A stretch of 64,000 nucleotides of DNA from an uncultured Acidimicrobiia bacterium (GTDB lineage: Bacteria; Actinomycetota; Acidimicrobiia; Acidimicrobiales; AC-14), in the NCBI GenBank assembly GCA_963836205.1, contig CAWIIV010000022.1, forward strand, positions 38,935-102,934. Reading direction: 5' to 3'. A program made the translations under genes and the position numbers. Below the pieces are notes generated by a model, which was not told the DNA's origin, searched no databases, and was given only the letters and a program-made list of their open reading frames with translations. Of the stretch, positions 49,028 through 58,583 are shown piece by piece. Position 1 is the first letter of the stretch. Each line of letters starts with the position of its first letter.

Positions 49028-49312
49028 CTAGCGCGTAGCAGCCTGAGCAGGACTATATTGCGATACGTCGTCGGTTGTGACCGCAGGACTGTGTTGCGAT
49101 ACGTCGGTTCCTGTATCCGATTGGCTTCGGCCGCTTGGCGTACTATCATCCCGATAGTGCTTAGGGAAGCCAATCGAGAGCACGCCGCCAGCCAGTACCG
49201 TGATGAGGGCGATCACGAGCGGACGACGCGTGCTTTGAACAGATGCCTGCCGCTGCCACGGGTGGTCGTTCGAGCTGATGTGGTCGTGCTTAGCGGTTAG
49301 CGTAGTTTCCAA
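49028..49312 (-). CDS. Small hypothetical single-TM protein with a duplicated 8-aa segment
   Basis: AGGCATGGAG upstream; TM; DVSQHSPA/DVSQYSPA (24-bp repeat at 49047 and 49083). Confidence 0.4.
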   Translation of the reverse strand: METTLTAKHDHISSNDHPWQRQASVQSTRRPLVIALITVLAGGVLSIGFPKHYRDDSTPSGRSQSDTGTDVSQHSPAVTTDDVSQYSPAQAATR

Positions 49313-49342
49313 GATGGTTTCTCCATGCCTACCGCAGACCGC

Positions 49343-49897
49343 TTACCGGTCCAGAGCCAACTGGGACTTAGCGTTCTTTATGAAGGTCGCCAGCTCCGCC
49401 TCGAATGTCTGCAACGGATGCCATGCGGCCGCGCTCCACTTGGCGCGCGCATCACCTATCAGGGATCTGGTTGACAGAGTGTCTGATAGGTCAAGAGCCG
49501 CCTTCGCAACGTCGATCGCTTTGTCGGCAATCGTCGCAGGCGAGAGTAGTTGCATCTCAGACGCCGCCATACGAAGTCGGAAGACGGTATCGCGAAGTTG
49601 TTCGTGATGGACATCTTCCCGACCGATGGGCGAATCGAGTAACTCCACGGTCGCTCGAGAGCAATCATGGCAAGCAAGAACGAAACGAGTGTAGCTCTCT
49701 CTTGCCGCCGCCCCAACCCGCTCCTCACGACGCGCCCGCGACTCGAGGATCCGACCAACCCAAACGCCAAGCAAGGCTGCCACTGGGGCAGCAAGGGGCG
49801 TGAGCTGCTGAAGAAGGGACGACGGCGGCTGATCAACAACGATCTGTTGGGCCAACCCCACGCCGCCGACGCTAGTGGCGGAGGCGCCTAGGCACAC
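49343..49897 (-). CDS. Hypothetical N-terminal TM, helical protein
   Basis: AALLGVWVG TM, then RESYTRF helical region; start uncertain. Confidence 0.5.
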   Translation of the reverse strand: MCLGASATSVGGVGLAQQIVVDQPPSSLLQQLTPLAAPVAALLGVWVGRILESRARREERVGAAARESYTRFVLACHDCSRATVELLDSPIGREDVHHEQLRDTVFRLRMAASEMQLLSPATIADKAIDVAKAALDLSDTLSTRSLIGDARAKWSAAAWHPLQTFEAELATFIKNAKSQLALDR

Positions 49898-50311
49898 GGA
49901 CCCAGTCGGCGTTCGGACTGGTCTGTGCGAGAACTGCCGTTGAAGGGCACCATCGAGTCACGACTTCGATCGCTGCCGGGCCGGCACAACCCGACGCGAA
50001 CAGTGCCGAGGCGAGGGCCGGGAGCCCCTCCCACCCGCCGAATACCGGGTCGGGGCCCTTCCTCCGCCAACGACCCACGGGCGCGCACTTGCCCCCCTCC
50101 CGGCAGCGTCGGCCCGTCGGATTCGCAACCGAAAGGTGTGCCCACGAGTCAGGGCTCCTGGGTCTTCCGTGGGCCCGGCCGAATCAAGCAGGCGCCGACC
50201 TTCCTGAGGACGGACAACGCTGGGACGCTCCCTGGCTGCGCCCGGTGTCGCAGCGACGGCGCTCGGGCGGTGATCGCCATCCGGATGCGGCCGGGCTTGC
50301 CAGCGCGGGCG

Positions 50312-50995
50312 CTACTCGGCGACGTCGAGGCCCAACGCATCGGCGACGGCGGTGGCCCAGTCGGCGTAGCCGAGGGCGCCGGGGTGGAAGCGGTCTTCGG
50401 CGTACTTCTCGGCCGACGGGGGCCAGGTGTGGGCGCCCACCTCGGCCACCCGGAGGCCGTTCTCGGCGGCCGCCGAGCGGATGACGGCGTCGATTGCCTC
50501 GGCTCGCTCTCGCCACAGGCCGGCGGGCAGGGTCGCGACCACCGATTCCGCCGGGAGGCGGCTGATGATCTTCCGCAGGTCGCCTTCCACCAGACTCGAC
50601 GGCGTGCGGCGGATCACGTCGTTGGACCCGATGGCGAGTGTGACCAGGTCGGGCGGCACGTCCAGCGCTTCCAACCGAGGGACTTGGGACGCCAGCACGT
50701 CGGCCACCTTGCCGCCGGACTTGGACAGGTTGAGCACCCGCCACGGCTTCCCGGACGTCGCCTCCAGCATCCGATGCACCTGCCCGACGTAGCCTTGATC
50801 CGGACTGGGGGCCCCGATCCCCTGGGCGGTGGAGTCACCCAGCACCACCCACAGCGGCCCCGTCGCGAGCATGGCCAGGGCATTGGCGTCGTCCCACGCC
50901 TTGGCGTAGGCGGGCACCTGGGCGTGCACCCGGCGGAGACCGGGCAACGCCCCCCGCACCAAGAGCCCCAACACCTTGGGCGGACTCCACCGCAC
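50312..50995 (-). CDS. SGNH/GDSL hydrolase
   Basis: LGDSTAQG, IGSND, DRFHP. Confidence 0.88.
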   Translation of the reverse strand: MRWSPPKVLGLLVRGALPGLRRVHAQVPAYAKAWDDANALAMLATGPLWVVLGDSTAQGIGAPSPDQGYVGQVHRMLEATSGKPWRVLNLSKSGGKVADVLASQVPRLEALDVPPDLVTLAIGSNDVIRRTPSSLVEGDLRKIISRLPAESVVATLPAGLWRERAEAIDAVIRSAAAENGLRVAEVGAHTWPPSAEKYAEDRFHPGALGYADWATAVADALGLDVAE

Positions 50996-50999
50996 GTCC

Positions 51000-51764
51000 T
51001 CAGAGCCTCCGGAACCGACGGACCGACAGGGGGACGAAGACCGCCAGGATGGCCGCGATCCAGCACAGCGACAGCGTCACCGGACGCATCGCCGGTCCGC
51101 CCAGGAACAGCGCCCGCAGGGCGTCGACCACGTGGGTCACCGGGTTGACTCGAGCGAACGTCTCCAGCCAGCCGGGCATGGTCTCCACCGGCACGAAGAT
51201 GGAGCTGGCGAACGTCAGCGGGAACACCCACACCAGCCCCGACGACTGGGCCGACTCCACGCTCCCCAGCGACAGGCCGATGGTGGCCGAGATCCACGCG
51301 AACGACAGGGCGAAGAGCACCACCAGGCCCAGCCCGGCCACCGCCGGCACCGGGCCGTTGTGGAACCGGAACCCGATGAGCAGCCCGACGCCGGCCATGA
51401 GCCCGACGACGAAGACGTTGCGGATGGTGTCGGCCGCTGTCCGTCCGACCAGCACCGCCGAGCGTGACATGGGTAACGACCGCAGCCGGTCGACCATCCC
51501 CTTCGACATGTCCTCGGCCAGGCCGATCCCGGTCTGCATGGCCCCGAACGCCACCGTCTGCACGAAGATCCCGGGCATGAGGTAGTCGATGTAGCTGAAT
51601 CCGGGGATGTCGATAGCGCCGCCGAAGACGTAGCCGAACAGGATGACGAACATCACCGGGGTGATCGTCGAGAACACGATCAGGCTGGGGATCCGGACGT
51701 AATGGAGCAGGTTGCGCCGGGTGAGGATGACGGCGTCGGCGAGGGCGGTTCCGGTGCCGGTCAT
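51000..51764 (-). CDS. ABC-2 transporter permease (DrrB-like)
   Basis: YLMPGI, DRLRSLPMSR, NPVT. Confidence 0.9.
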   Translation of the reverse strand: MTGTGTALADAVILTRRNLLHYVRIPSLIVFSTITPVMFVILFGYVFGGAIDIPGFSYIDYLMPGIFVQTVAFGAMQTGIGLAEDMSKGMVDRLRSLPMSRSAVLVGRTAADTIRNVFVVGLMAGVGLLIGFRFHNGPVPAVAGLGLVVLFALSFAWISATIGLSLGSVESAQSSGLVWVFPLTFASSIFVPVETMPGWLETFARVNPVTHVVDALRALFLGGPAMRPVTLSLCWIAAILAVFVPLSVRRFRRL

Positions 51765-52741
51765 GCCAGGGAGTCCACCGGCTCGGCCGCGTGGCCGGTG
51801 AGGGTGAGGAACACGTCGTCGAGGGTCGGCCGGCGCAGGGTGATGTCGGCGATGCCGATGCCGGCCGCGTCGAGCAGGCGCACGGCGTCGGCCACCACTG
51901 ACCCGCCGGCGGCGACGGGCACCGCCACCCGCCCCGCCTGGGGGTCGACGTGGGCCTCGCCGGTGGCGATGGCCGACAGGGCGGTGACCGCGGCCCGGGC
52001 GTTGGTGGCGGGCAGGATGGCCACGTCGACCACCTCACCACCGACCCGGGACTTGAGGTCGTCGGGCGTGCCGTGGGCGATGACCCGGCCGTTGTCGATC
52101 ACGGCGATGGTGTCGGCCAGGCGGTCGGCCTCCTCCAGGTACTGGGTGGTGAGAAGGAGCGTCGTGCCCGCCTCGACCAGCTCGGCCATGATCTCCCACA
52201 GGCCGATGCGGCTGCGGGGGTCGAGCCCGGCCGTGGGCTCGTCGAGGAAGAGCACCTGGGGCCGCCCGACCAGGCTGGCGCCGAGGTCGAGCCGCCGGCG
52301 CATGCCACCCGAGTAGGTGCCCACCCGCCGGTCGGCGGCCGCGGTCAGGTCGAAACGTTCGAGCAGCTCCCCGGCCCGGTGGGCGGCCTCGGCCTTACCG
52401 AGGTGGTAGAGGCGGCCCACGAGGACCAGGTTCTCCCGACCGGTGAGCGTCTCGTCGACCGCCGCGAACTGCCCGGCCAGGCCGATCACCGACCGCACCT
52501 TGTGGGGTTCGCGGACCACGTCGAAGCCGGCCACCCGGGCCGTCCCCCCGTCCGGCGCCAGGAGCGTGGTGAGGATGCGCACCGCAGTGGTCTTGCCCGC
52601 ACCGTTGGGGCCGAGCAGTCCGAGGACCGACCCGGCGGGGACGTGGAGGTCGATCCCGTCGAGGGCGATGATGGGCCCGTACGCCTTGCGCAGGCCCTCG
52701 ACGAGGATGGCCGGGTCGGCAGTCGAGTCGGCGGGAAGCAT
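51761..52741 (-). CDS. ABC transporter ATP-binding protein (DrrA-like)
   Basis: GPNGAGKT, YSGGMRRRLDL, LTTQYLEEAD. Confidence 0.93.
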   Translation of the reverse strand: MLPADSTADPAILVEGLRKAYGPIIALDGIDLHVPAGSVLGLLGPNGAGKTTAVRILTTLLAPDGGTARVAGFDVVREPHKVRSVIGLAGQFAAVDETLTGRENLVLVGRLYHLGKAEAAHRAGELLERFDLTAAADRRVGTYSGGMRRRLDLGASLVGRPQVLFLDEPTAGLDPRSRIGLWEIMAELVEAGTTLLLTTQYLEEADRLADTIAVIDNGRVIAHGTPDDLKSRVGGEVVDVAILPATNARAAVTALSAIATGEAHVDPQAGRVAVPVAAGGSVVADAVRLLDAAGIGIADITLRRPTLDDVFLTLTGHAAEPVDSLA

Positions 52742-52806
52742 CTACGTCGCAAGGTATCCGTGGCCGGCGGCGTACTTGGACCGTGGTTGGCGGCAGAATT
52801 GGGCCG

Positions 52807-53562
52807 ATGCCCACAACCATCGACGTGCGCCGGGCCGACGGCCGCTTCCACACCAGGCTGCCGTGGCTCGACTCCCGGCACTCGTTCAGCTTCTCCCGCC
52901 ACTACGACCCCCGGAACGTCGGTCACGGGTTGCTGCTGGTGAACAACGACGACGTCGTGCGGGCCGGCACCGGCTTCAGCACCCATCCCCACCAGGACAT
53001 GGAGATCGTCACCTGGGTGCTGGCGGGCGAGCTTGAGCACAAGGACTCGGTGGGCAACGCCGGCGTGATCTACCCCGGCCTGGCCCAGCGCATGAGTGCG
53101 GGCACCGGCATCTGGCACTCGGAGATGAACCCGCAGCGCGGCCGGGGGCGAGGACGTTCACTTCGTGCAGATGTGGGTCCGTCCCGACACCGAGCGCCTC
53201 GATCCCGGCTACGAGCAGCTCGACGTCAACGCCGAGCTCGACCGGGGGGGACTCGTCCCGATCGCGTCGGGCCGGGGCCACGACGCCGCCATCGCCATCC
53301 GCCAGCGGGGGGCGGTGCTGTGGGGCGGTCGGCTGCGGCCGGGGGAAAGCGTCACCGTCCCCGACGCCCGCCACGCCCATGTGTTCGTCGCCGCCGGGCG
53401 GGTAGTCATGGAGGGCACCGACCCGGTCGAGCTGACGGCCGGCGACGCGGTTACGCCTCACCGAGGCGGGCGCCCCCCGGACTCGTCGTCGACCCGGCAG
53501 GATCAGGGGACGCGCCGGGAGGAGCCGAGGTGCTCATCTGGGAGATGGGAGGCACGGCGTGA
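52807..53562 (+). CDS. Pirin family protein (two compensating apparent frameshifts)
   Basis: HSFSF, THPHQDMEI, MSAGTGIWHSEMN; VHFVQMWV lies in another frame between about 53140 and 53455. Confidence 0.85.
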   Translation: MPTTIDVRRADGRFHTRLPWLDSRHSFSFSRHYDPRNVGHGLLLVNNDDVVRAGTGFSTHPHQDMEIVTWVLAGELEHKDSVGNAGVIYPGLAQRMSAGTGIWHSEMNPQRGRGRGRSLRADVGPSRHRAPRSRLRAARRQRRARPGGTRPDRVGPGPRRRHRHPPAGGGAVGRSAAAGGKRHRPRRPPRPCVRRRRAGSHGGHRPGRADGRRRGYASPRRAPPGLVVDPAGSGDAPGGAEVLIWEMGGTA

Positions 53563-54443
53563 CCAAGTTCCTCGTCGCCACCAGGGCCGGGTTGTACCGC
53601 ATCGAGCAGTGGCCCGAGCTCCTCCACATCGAGCCCATCCTCGACCTGGCCGGCGACTACGTGCTGGTGGCGGGCTTTGGCGTGCAGCAGGGAGTCGATT
53701 TCACGGGCGAGTACCTCGACGCCCCCGGGGCCACCTGCCTGCTGTGGACCGGCAGCGAGCTTTTCGCCGGTACCCAGGGCGCACACCTGCTCCGGGTCGG
53801 TCTCGACGGCGGGGGCAACCGGCCGGTGCCGTCGTTCGACGAGGTCGAGGGGCGGGAGCACTGGCACCAACCGCACGGCGGTCCACCGGCGGCCCGGACC
53901 ACTGCGATCGACGAGGAGGGCCGGCTGTACGTCAACGTCCACGTGGGGGGCATCGTCCGGTCCGACGACGGCGGGCAGTCGTGGCAGCCGACGATCGACA
54001 TCGAGGCCGACGTCCACCAGGTGGCGACGGTGCCCGGTCATCCGGGCCACGTGGTGGCAGCCACCGCCCGGGGCATGGCCTTCTCCGAGGACTACGGCCG
54101 GAAGTGGAGGATCGTCGACGACGGTCTCTTCGCCACGTACTCCCGGGCCATCGCGGTGGCCGACGACATGGTGTTCCTCTCCGCATCGGAGGGTCCCGAC
54201 GGCAAGAAGGCGGCCGTCTACCGGCGGGCGCTCTATGGCACCCGGCGTTTCGGGAAGTGCCGGGGCGGCTTCCCCGAATCGCTGGCCGGCAACGTCGACT
54301 CGGGCTGCATCGCGGCCTCGGGAAAGCTGGTGGTGATCGGCACCCCCGACGGCCGCATCCTCCGATCGGAGGACTCCGGCCTCAAGTGGCAGCAGATCAC
54401 CACCGGGCTCCCCCCGGTGACGCGGATCACGATCCTCGACTGA
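53559..54443 (+). CDS. BNR/Asp-box beta-propeller protein
   Basis: RSDDGGQSW, SEDYGRKW, RSEDSGLKW repeats. Confidence 0.8.
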   Translation: MTKFLVATRAGLYRIEQWPELLHIEPILDLAGDYVLVAGFGVQQGVDFTGEYLDAPGATCLLWTGSELFAGTQGAHLLRVGLDGGGNRPVPSFDEVEGREHWHQPHGGPPAARTTAIDEEGRLYVNVHVGGIVRSDDGGQSWQPTIDIEADVHQVATVPGHPGHVVAATARGMAFSEDYGRKWRIVDDGLFATYSRAIAVADDMVFLSASEGPDGKKAAVYRRALYGTRRFGKCRGGFPESLAGNVDSGCIAASGKLVVIGTPDGRILRSEDSGLKWQQITTGLPPVTRITILD

Positions 54444-54479
54444 CAACCGGGCGCCGGGCCCGGGGCCCGGCCGGTGGTC

Positions 54480-54848
54480 TTAGAACATCGTGTTGTCGTT
54501 GGCGGACGTCTCCGGCACCGGCTGGAGGACGTCCCAATGCTCGACGATCTTTCCGTCGTCGTCGAAGCGGAAGATGTCGACCGCGGCGTGGTCCTTGCCC
54601 ATCCAGTGGGGGTAGCGGACGTGGACGAACGCCAGGTCGCCGTCGATGGCGACGTGCTTGACCTCGTTGGGCAGGCTGCCGAACTGCTGCAGGAAGCCCA
54701 CGAGCGGTGCGATGCCGTCGGGGAACAGCGGGTTGTGCTGGGTGTAGGGCCCCGAGACGAGGTCGTCGAGAAGGTCCGCCTTCCCCCCGTTGAACACCTC
54801 GTTGTAGAGCGTGTCGAGCGTGGCCTGAATTGCCGCCTTGTCGGTCAT
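54480..54848 (-). CDS. SnoaL-like / NTF2 family protein
   Basis: YTQHNP, VDIFRF, KIVEHWDVLQ. Confidence 0.9.
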   Translation of the reverse strand: MTDKAAIQATLDTLYNEVFNGGKADLLDDLVSGPYTQHNPLFPDGIAPLVGFLQQFGSLPNEVKHVAIDGDLAFVHVRYPHWMGKDHAAVDIFRFDDDGKIVEHWDVLQPVPETSANDNTMF

Positions 54849-55077
54849 CGCCGGATCGTAACCGGGGAGGGTCGTTTCCCGTCGGGTTCGAGGGTTCGGC
54901 TCCGTTCCCGCCGGCGGATGTGCGCGGCGATGCGGGCGGGGCGCAGACGCGGGCGGGATGGCGTACTCTGTTTGCGTACGACCGGACAGACCGGACGACA
55001 CACTGCCAGCGTCCGCAGGTCGTTGCCTCACCGCTTCCTCCGCAGATCGCCAGGCCAACATCACGGAGGAACACATC

Positions 55078-55281
55078 ATGGCAACAGGAACCGTCAAGTG
55101 GTTCAGCGACGAGAAGGGCTTCGGCTTCATCTCGCCCGACGACCAGGGCAAGGACCTGTTCGTTCACCACTCGGGCATCACGGGCGGCGGCTTCCGCTCG
55201 CTCACCGAGGGTGAGAAGGTCAACTACGACAGCGAGCCCGGCGACAAGGGCCCCAAGGCGGTCAACGTCTCCCGCATCTGA
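55078..55281 (+). CDS. cspA: Cold-shock protein
   Basis: [15 protein letters not shown] (RNP1), LFVHHS (RNP2); GGAGG RBS. Confidence 0.95.
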   Translation: MATGTVKWFSDEKGFGFISPDDQGKDLFVHHSGITGGGFRSLTEGEKVNYDSEPGDKGPKAVNVSRI

Positions 55282-55288
55282 CACCCAC

Positions 55289-55333
55289 GAAACGGCCCGG
55301 GTCACCGAATTGCCGGTGGCCCGGGCCTTTTCG
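55289..55333 (+). terminator. Intrinsic terminator after csp (between convergent genes)
   Basis: GGCCCGGGTCACCG...CGGTGGCCCGGGCC followed by TTTT. Confidence 0.8.
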
Positions 55334-55352
55334 TCGGGCGAGTGCGCCGGGC

Positions 55353-56363
55353 TTACTCCGGCAGCTCGGTCGGCGTCACCCGCACCGACTGGACCTGACC
55401 GCCCCGGAACACGCCGACCGGCACCGGCCGGCCGATGCGGTCGCCGGTCATCAGCCGCTGCAGGCCGCCGACGTCGGCCACCGGCACGTCGTCGACGGAC
55501 ACGATGATGTCCTCCGGGCGCAGACCGGCCACTGCCGCCGGGCTTCCGGCCACGATGGTGAGCACCTCGATGCCCTTTTCCTGACCGGTGGCCCGGGCCG
55601 CCCGGGGCGGGAGAGGACGCGACCCACCGGCGATGCCCAGGTACGCCCGCCGTACCCGGCCCTCGGCCATGAGGGCGGCCATGATCGCCCGGGTGGTGGC
55701 GTTGACGGGGATGGCGAGCCCCAGCCCCTGGCCGATACCCGGTCCGACCACGGCCGTGTTGACGCCCACCACGTGGCCCCGGCCGTCGGCCAGGGCCCCG
55801 CCCGAGTTGCCGGGGTGGAGGGCGGCGTCGGTCTGGATGACGTTCTCCACCAGCCGCCCCCGGGGACCGCCGACGGGGAACGAGCGGCCGAGGGCGCTGA
55901 CGACGCCGGCGCTGACCGACCCCGCGAAGCCGAGGGGGTTGCCGATGGCGACGACCAGTTGGCCGACGCGCAGCCGGTCGGCGTCGCCCAGGGTGGCGGG
56001 AACGACGGCCAGCCCGCCCAGGGGAGTGGCGGAGCGGATGACGGCCAGGTCGGACAGGCGGTCGGTGCCGATGACGTCGAACTCGGCCTCGCCGCCATCG
56101 GCGAACACGGCCACCCCGCCGTCGGCCCGATCCACCACGTGGGCCGATGTGAGGAGGAACCCGTCGCCGGTGACGACGACCGCCGAGCCCGACCCCTGCT
56201 GGCGGCGTCCGCCCGGCACCCGGGCCATCACCCGCAGGCTGGCCACCGACGGGAGCAGGCGCTCGGCGACGGCGGTCACGACGGTGGAGTAGGCGTCGAG
56301 GGCTTCGGCGTCGGACGGGAGGCGCCCGAGCGTGTGGTCGCCGTCGGCGTCGAGGTGGGCCAT
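55353..56363 (-). CDS. HtrA/S1C serine protease with PDZ domain
   Basis: TSAHVV, DLAV, IQTDAALHPGNSGG, PDZ; start uncertain. Confidence 0.92.
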   Translation of the reverse strand: MAHLDADGDHTLGRLPSDAEALDAYSTVVTAVAERLLPSVASLRVMARVPGGRRQQGSGSAVVVTGDGFLLTSAHVVDRADGGVAVFADGGEAEFDVIGTDRLSDLAVIRSATPLGGLAVVPATLGDADRLRVGQLVVAIGNPLGFAGSVSAGVVSALGRSFPVGGPRGRLVENVIQTDAALHPGNSGGALADGRGHVVGVNTAVVGPGIGQGLGLAIPVNATTRAIMAALMAEGRVRRAYLGIAGGSRPLPPRAARATGQEKGIEVLTIVAGSPAAVAGLRPEDIIVSVDDVPVADVGGLQRLMTGDRIGRPVPVGVFRGGQVQSVRVTPTELPE

Positions 56364-56373
56364 GGCCACCGCC

Positions 56374-57288
56374 CTACGCCGAGCCCTCTTCACGGGCCGC
56401 GTCGCGACCGAAGCTCACCGTGACCGACAGCTCGTCGGCGCCCCGCACAACGCCCAGGGCCAGGGACGACGTGTCGTCGAGGCCGTCGAGGATCGAGTGG
56501 AGGTCGTCGACAGTGGCGATGGGGCGGCCGTCGGCCTCCACGATGAGGTCGCCGCCCCGCAGGCCGGCCCGCCCCGCGGGGGAGTCCTCCTGCACCTCCC
56601 GCACGAGCAGGCCGTCACGGTCGGGGAGCCCCACCGATCGGCGCAGGTGGCGGGCGGCCCGGCCGGGCACCAGGCCCACGCCGAGGTACAGGCGGGAGGT
56701 CGACTCGCCCCGCGACAGGCCTTCGACCCGGGCCCGGAGGTCGGCGTCGGCGGGGAGGGCGAGGTAGAAACCCTCGCCCAGGCGGTTTGTGTTGAGGCCG
56801 ACGAACCGTCCGTCGGGGTCGACCACCGGTCCGCCCGACGAGCCCTTGGCCATGGGGGCGGTGTGCTCGACGCTGCCAGTCACCCGCCGGCCCCTCGGTC
56901 CCCGGAACGACCGTCCGACGGACGAGACCTGGCCCAGGGTGACGCGCAGGCCCCGGCCGCCGGGGTTGGCCAAGGCGAAGACGACCGCGCCCACCGCGGG
57001 GTCGCCGTCGCCCCACTCGATCGGGGGCGCCCCGGCGGTGTCGGCCGCCAGGACCGCAAGATCACCGTCGACGTCGACACCGGCCACGGTGGCCGTCACG
57101 GTCCGGCCGTCGGCGAAGCTCAGCGGAACCTCGTGGTCATGGACGTTGTGGGCGTTGGTCAGGACCAGGCCGTCGCCGACGACGACTCCCGAGCCCCGGC
57201 CCCATCCGTGGCCGATGCCGACCACCGAACCGCCTGCGGCGGCTGCTGCCGACTCGGTCGCGGCCTGTAGTTCTTCGATCACTGACAT
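56374..57288 (-). CDS. HtrA/S1C serine protease with PDZ domain
   Basis: TNAHNV, DLAVL, GSSGGP, PDZ; AAAGGGG RBS. Confidence 0.9.
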   Translation of the reverse strand: MSVIEELQAATESAAAAAGGSVVGIGHGWGRGSGVVVGDGLVLTNAHNVHDHEVPLSFADGRTVTATVAGVDVDGDLAVLAADTAGAPPIEWGDGDPAVGAVVFALANPGGRGLRVTLGQVSSVGRSFRGPRGRRVTGSVEHTAPMAKGSSGGPVVDPDGRFVGLNTNRLGEGFYLALPADADLRARVEGLSRGESTSRLYLGVGLVPGRAARHLRRSVGLPDRDGLLVREVQEDSPAGRAGLRGGDLIVEADGRPIATVDDLHSILDGLDDTSSLALGVVRGADELSVTVSFGRDAAREEGSA

Positions 57289-57386
57289 CGAAACCCCTTT
57301 AACTGCTCGGACCGCCCTTCGGGCGGGCGCTCTCTTGTTCCGACCAGCCGTATCGGCGCCTTCGGCGCCTGGCTGGTCGGGGTGAC

Positions 57387-57406
57387 TAGTAACTTGCAAG
57401 TTACTA
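57387..57406. promoter_or_regulatory. Perfect 20-bp palindrome, probable operator of the adjacent HxlR regulator
   Basis: TAGTAACTTG-CAAGTTACTA between divergent protease and regulator genes. Confidence 0.8.
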
Positions 57407-57437
57407 TCGGCAAGTGGGTTTGACAAGATGGGCGGCG

Positions 57438-57884
57438 GTGAGCGAGCCGACGATCTCGAAGGCGTTGGAGGAGGCGGTGGCCCGCGTCGGCGACCGCTGG
57501 ACCCTGCTGCTGGTGTCGGCCCTTCTCGACGGCCCCCGCCGGTTCAACGACCTGGTCGACGACGTGGGCGGCATCGCCCCTAACGTCCTCAGCCAACGTC
57601 TGCGCCAGCTGGAGCAGCACGGCATCGTGGTGGCGGCGCCCTACTCCACCCGCCCGCCCCGGTTCGTGTACCAGCTCACCGGCGCCGGGCTGGAGCTGGC
57701 CGGGGTCCTGCGCCTGCTGGCCCAATGGGGCGCGGGCCAGGGTCCGAGCGGAGGCGGCGCCGGTGGCGAGCCGCTGCGGCATCCCCCGTGCGGCACCCCG
57801 ATGGAGGCCCGCTGGTACTGCCCCACCTGCGCTTCCGTGGTCGACGACGACACCGCCAGTGACGACGTGGTCCGATTCCTGTAA
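57438..57884 (+). CDS. HxlR-family winged-HTH regulator
   Basis: VGDRWTLLL, GPRRFNDL, YQLTGAG; C-terminal H/C..C..C. Confidence 0.9.
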   Translation: MSEPTISKALEEAVARVGDRWTLLLVSALLDGPRRFNDLVDDVGGIAPNVLSQRLRQLEQHGIVVAAPYSTRPPRFVYQLTGAGLELAGVLRLLAQWGAGQGPSGGGAGGEPLRHPPCGTPMEARWYCPTCASVVDDDTASDDVVRFL

Positions 57885-57893
57885 GAAGGCGCC

Positions 57894-58559
57894 ATGAGCG
57901 AGACCGGAGCGGGACCGTCGAAGAAGGGCTACTGGGTCGGCGGCGCCATCATCGTCCTGGCGGGGATCGGCGCCATCGTCTGGTTCGCCGTCGGCCTCAT
58001 GAGCTTCTCCGACAAGATCGAGGACTTCCAGCGGGTGCCGGTCAACGGCGAGGGCGAGGTGACACTCGACGAGGCCGGCGGGTACGTCATCTACTACGAG
58101 GGCCCGGGGGCCAGCGACGGCGACACCCCGTCCGGTCAGGCCGAGCTGACGCCCGCCAGCGGTGGCGAATCGGTCGCCCTCGACGACTACGACGAGTCCC
58201 TCACCTACGACATCGGCGACCACTCGGGGGTGGCCGTCCTCACCGCCGACATCGAGCGGCCCGGGTCCTACGTCCTGGCATCGGAGTCGGAGGGGAGCGG
58301 CGAACTGGCCATAGGCCGCAGTGTGGCGGGCACGCTCGTGGTCACCGTCGTCGGGGCCATGGCCCTCGGCGGCCTGGGCCTGGTGGCGGGAGTCGTCATA
58401 CTCATCGTCACCGCCGTCCGCCGGAAGGGCGGCCGCCCCCGCAACGCGCCGTGGATCCCGCCCCCGCCGGGATCCACGACACCACCCCCACCGCCCCCGC
58501 CCTCGCCCGGGTACTCGGGATCAACCCCGCCCCCGCCCTGGCCGCCACCTATGGAGTAG
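57894..58559 (+). CDS. Hypothetical membrane protein with Pro-rich tail
   Basis: Two TM segments flanking a beta-rich domain. Confidence 0.75.
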   Translation: MSETGAGPSKKGYWVGGAIIVLAGIGAIVWFAVGLMSFSDKIEDFQRVPVNGEGEVTLDEAGGYVIYYEGPGASDGDTPSGQAELTPASGGESVALDDYDESLTYDIGDHSGVAVLTADIERPGSYVLASESEGSGELAIGRSVAGTLVVTVVGAMALGGLGLVAGVVILIVTAVRRKGGRPRNAPWIPPPPGSTTPPPPPPPSPGYSGSTPPPPWPPPME

Positions 58560-58583
58560 CGCCCGTCGGGCCGGCCCGTACGG

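Noticed and set aside
49047-49106. 24-bp direct repeat as att site or mini-CRISPR
   Set aside because: Only two copies with a 36-bp period, consistent with an in-frame coding duplication.
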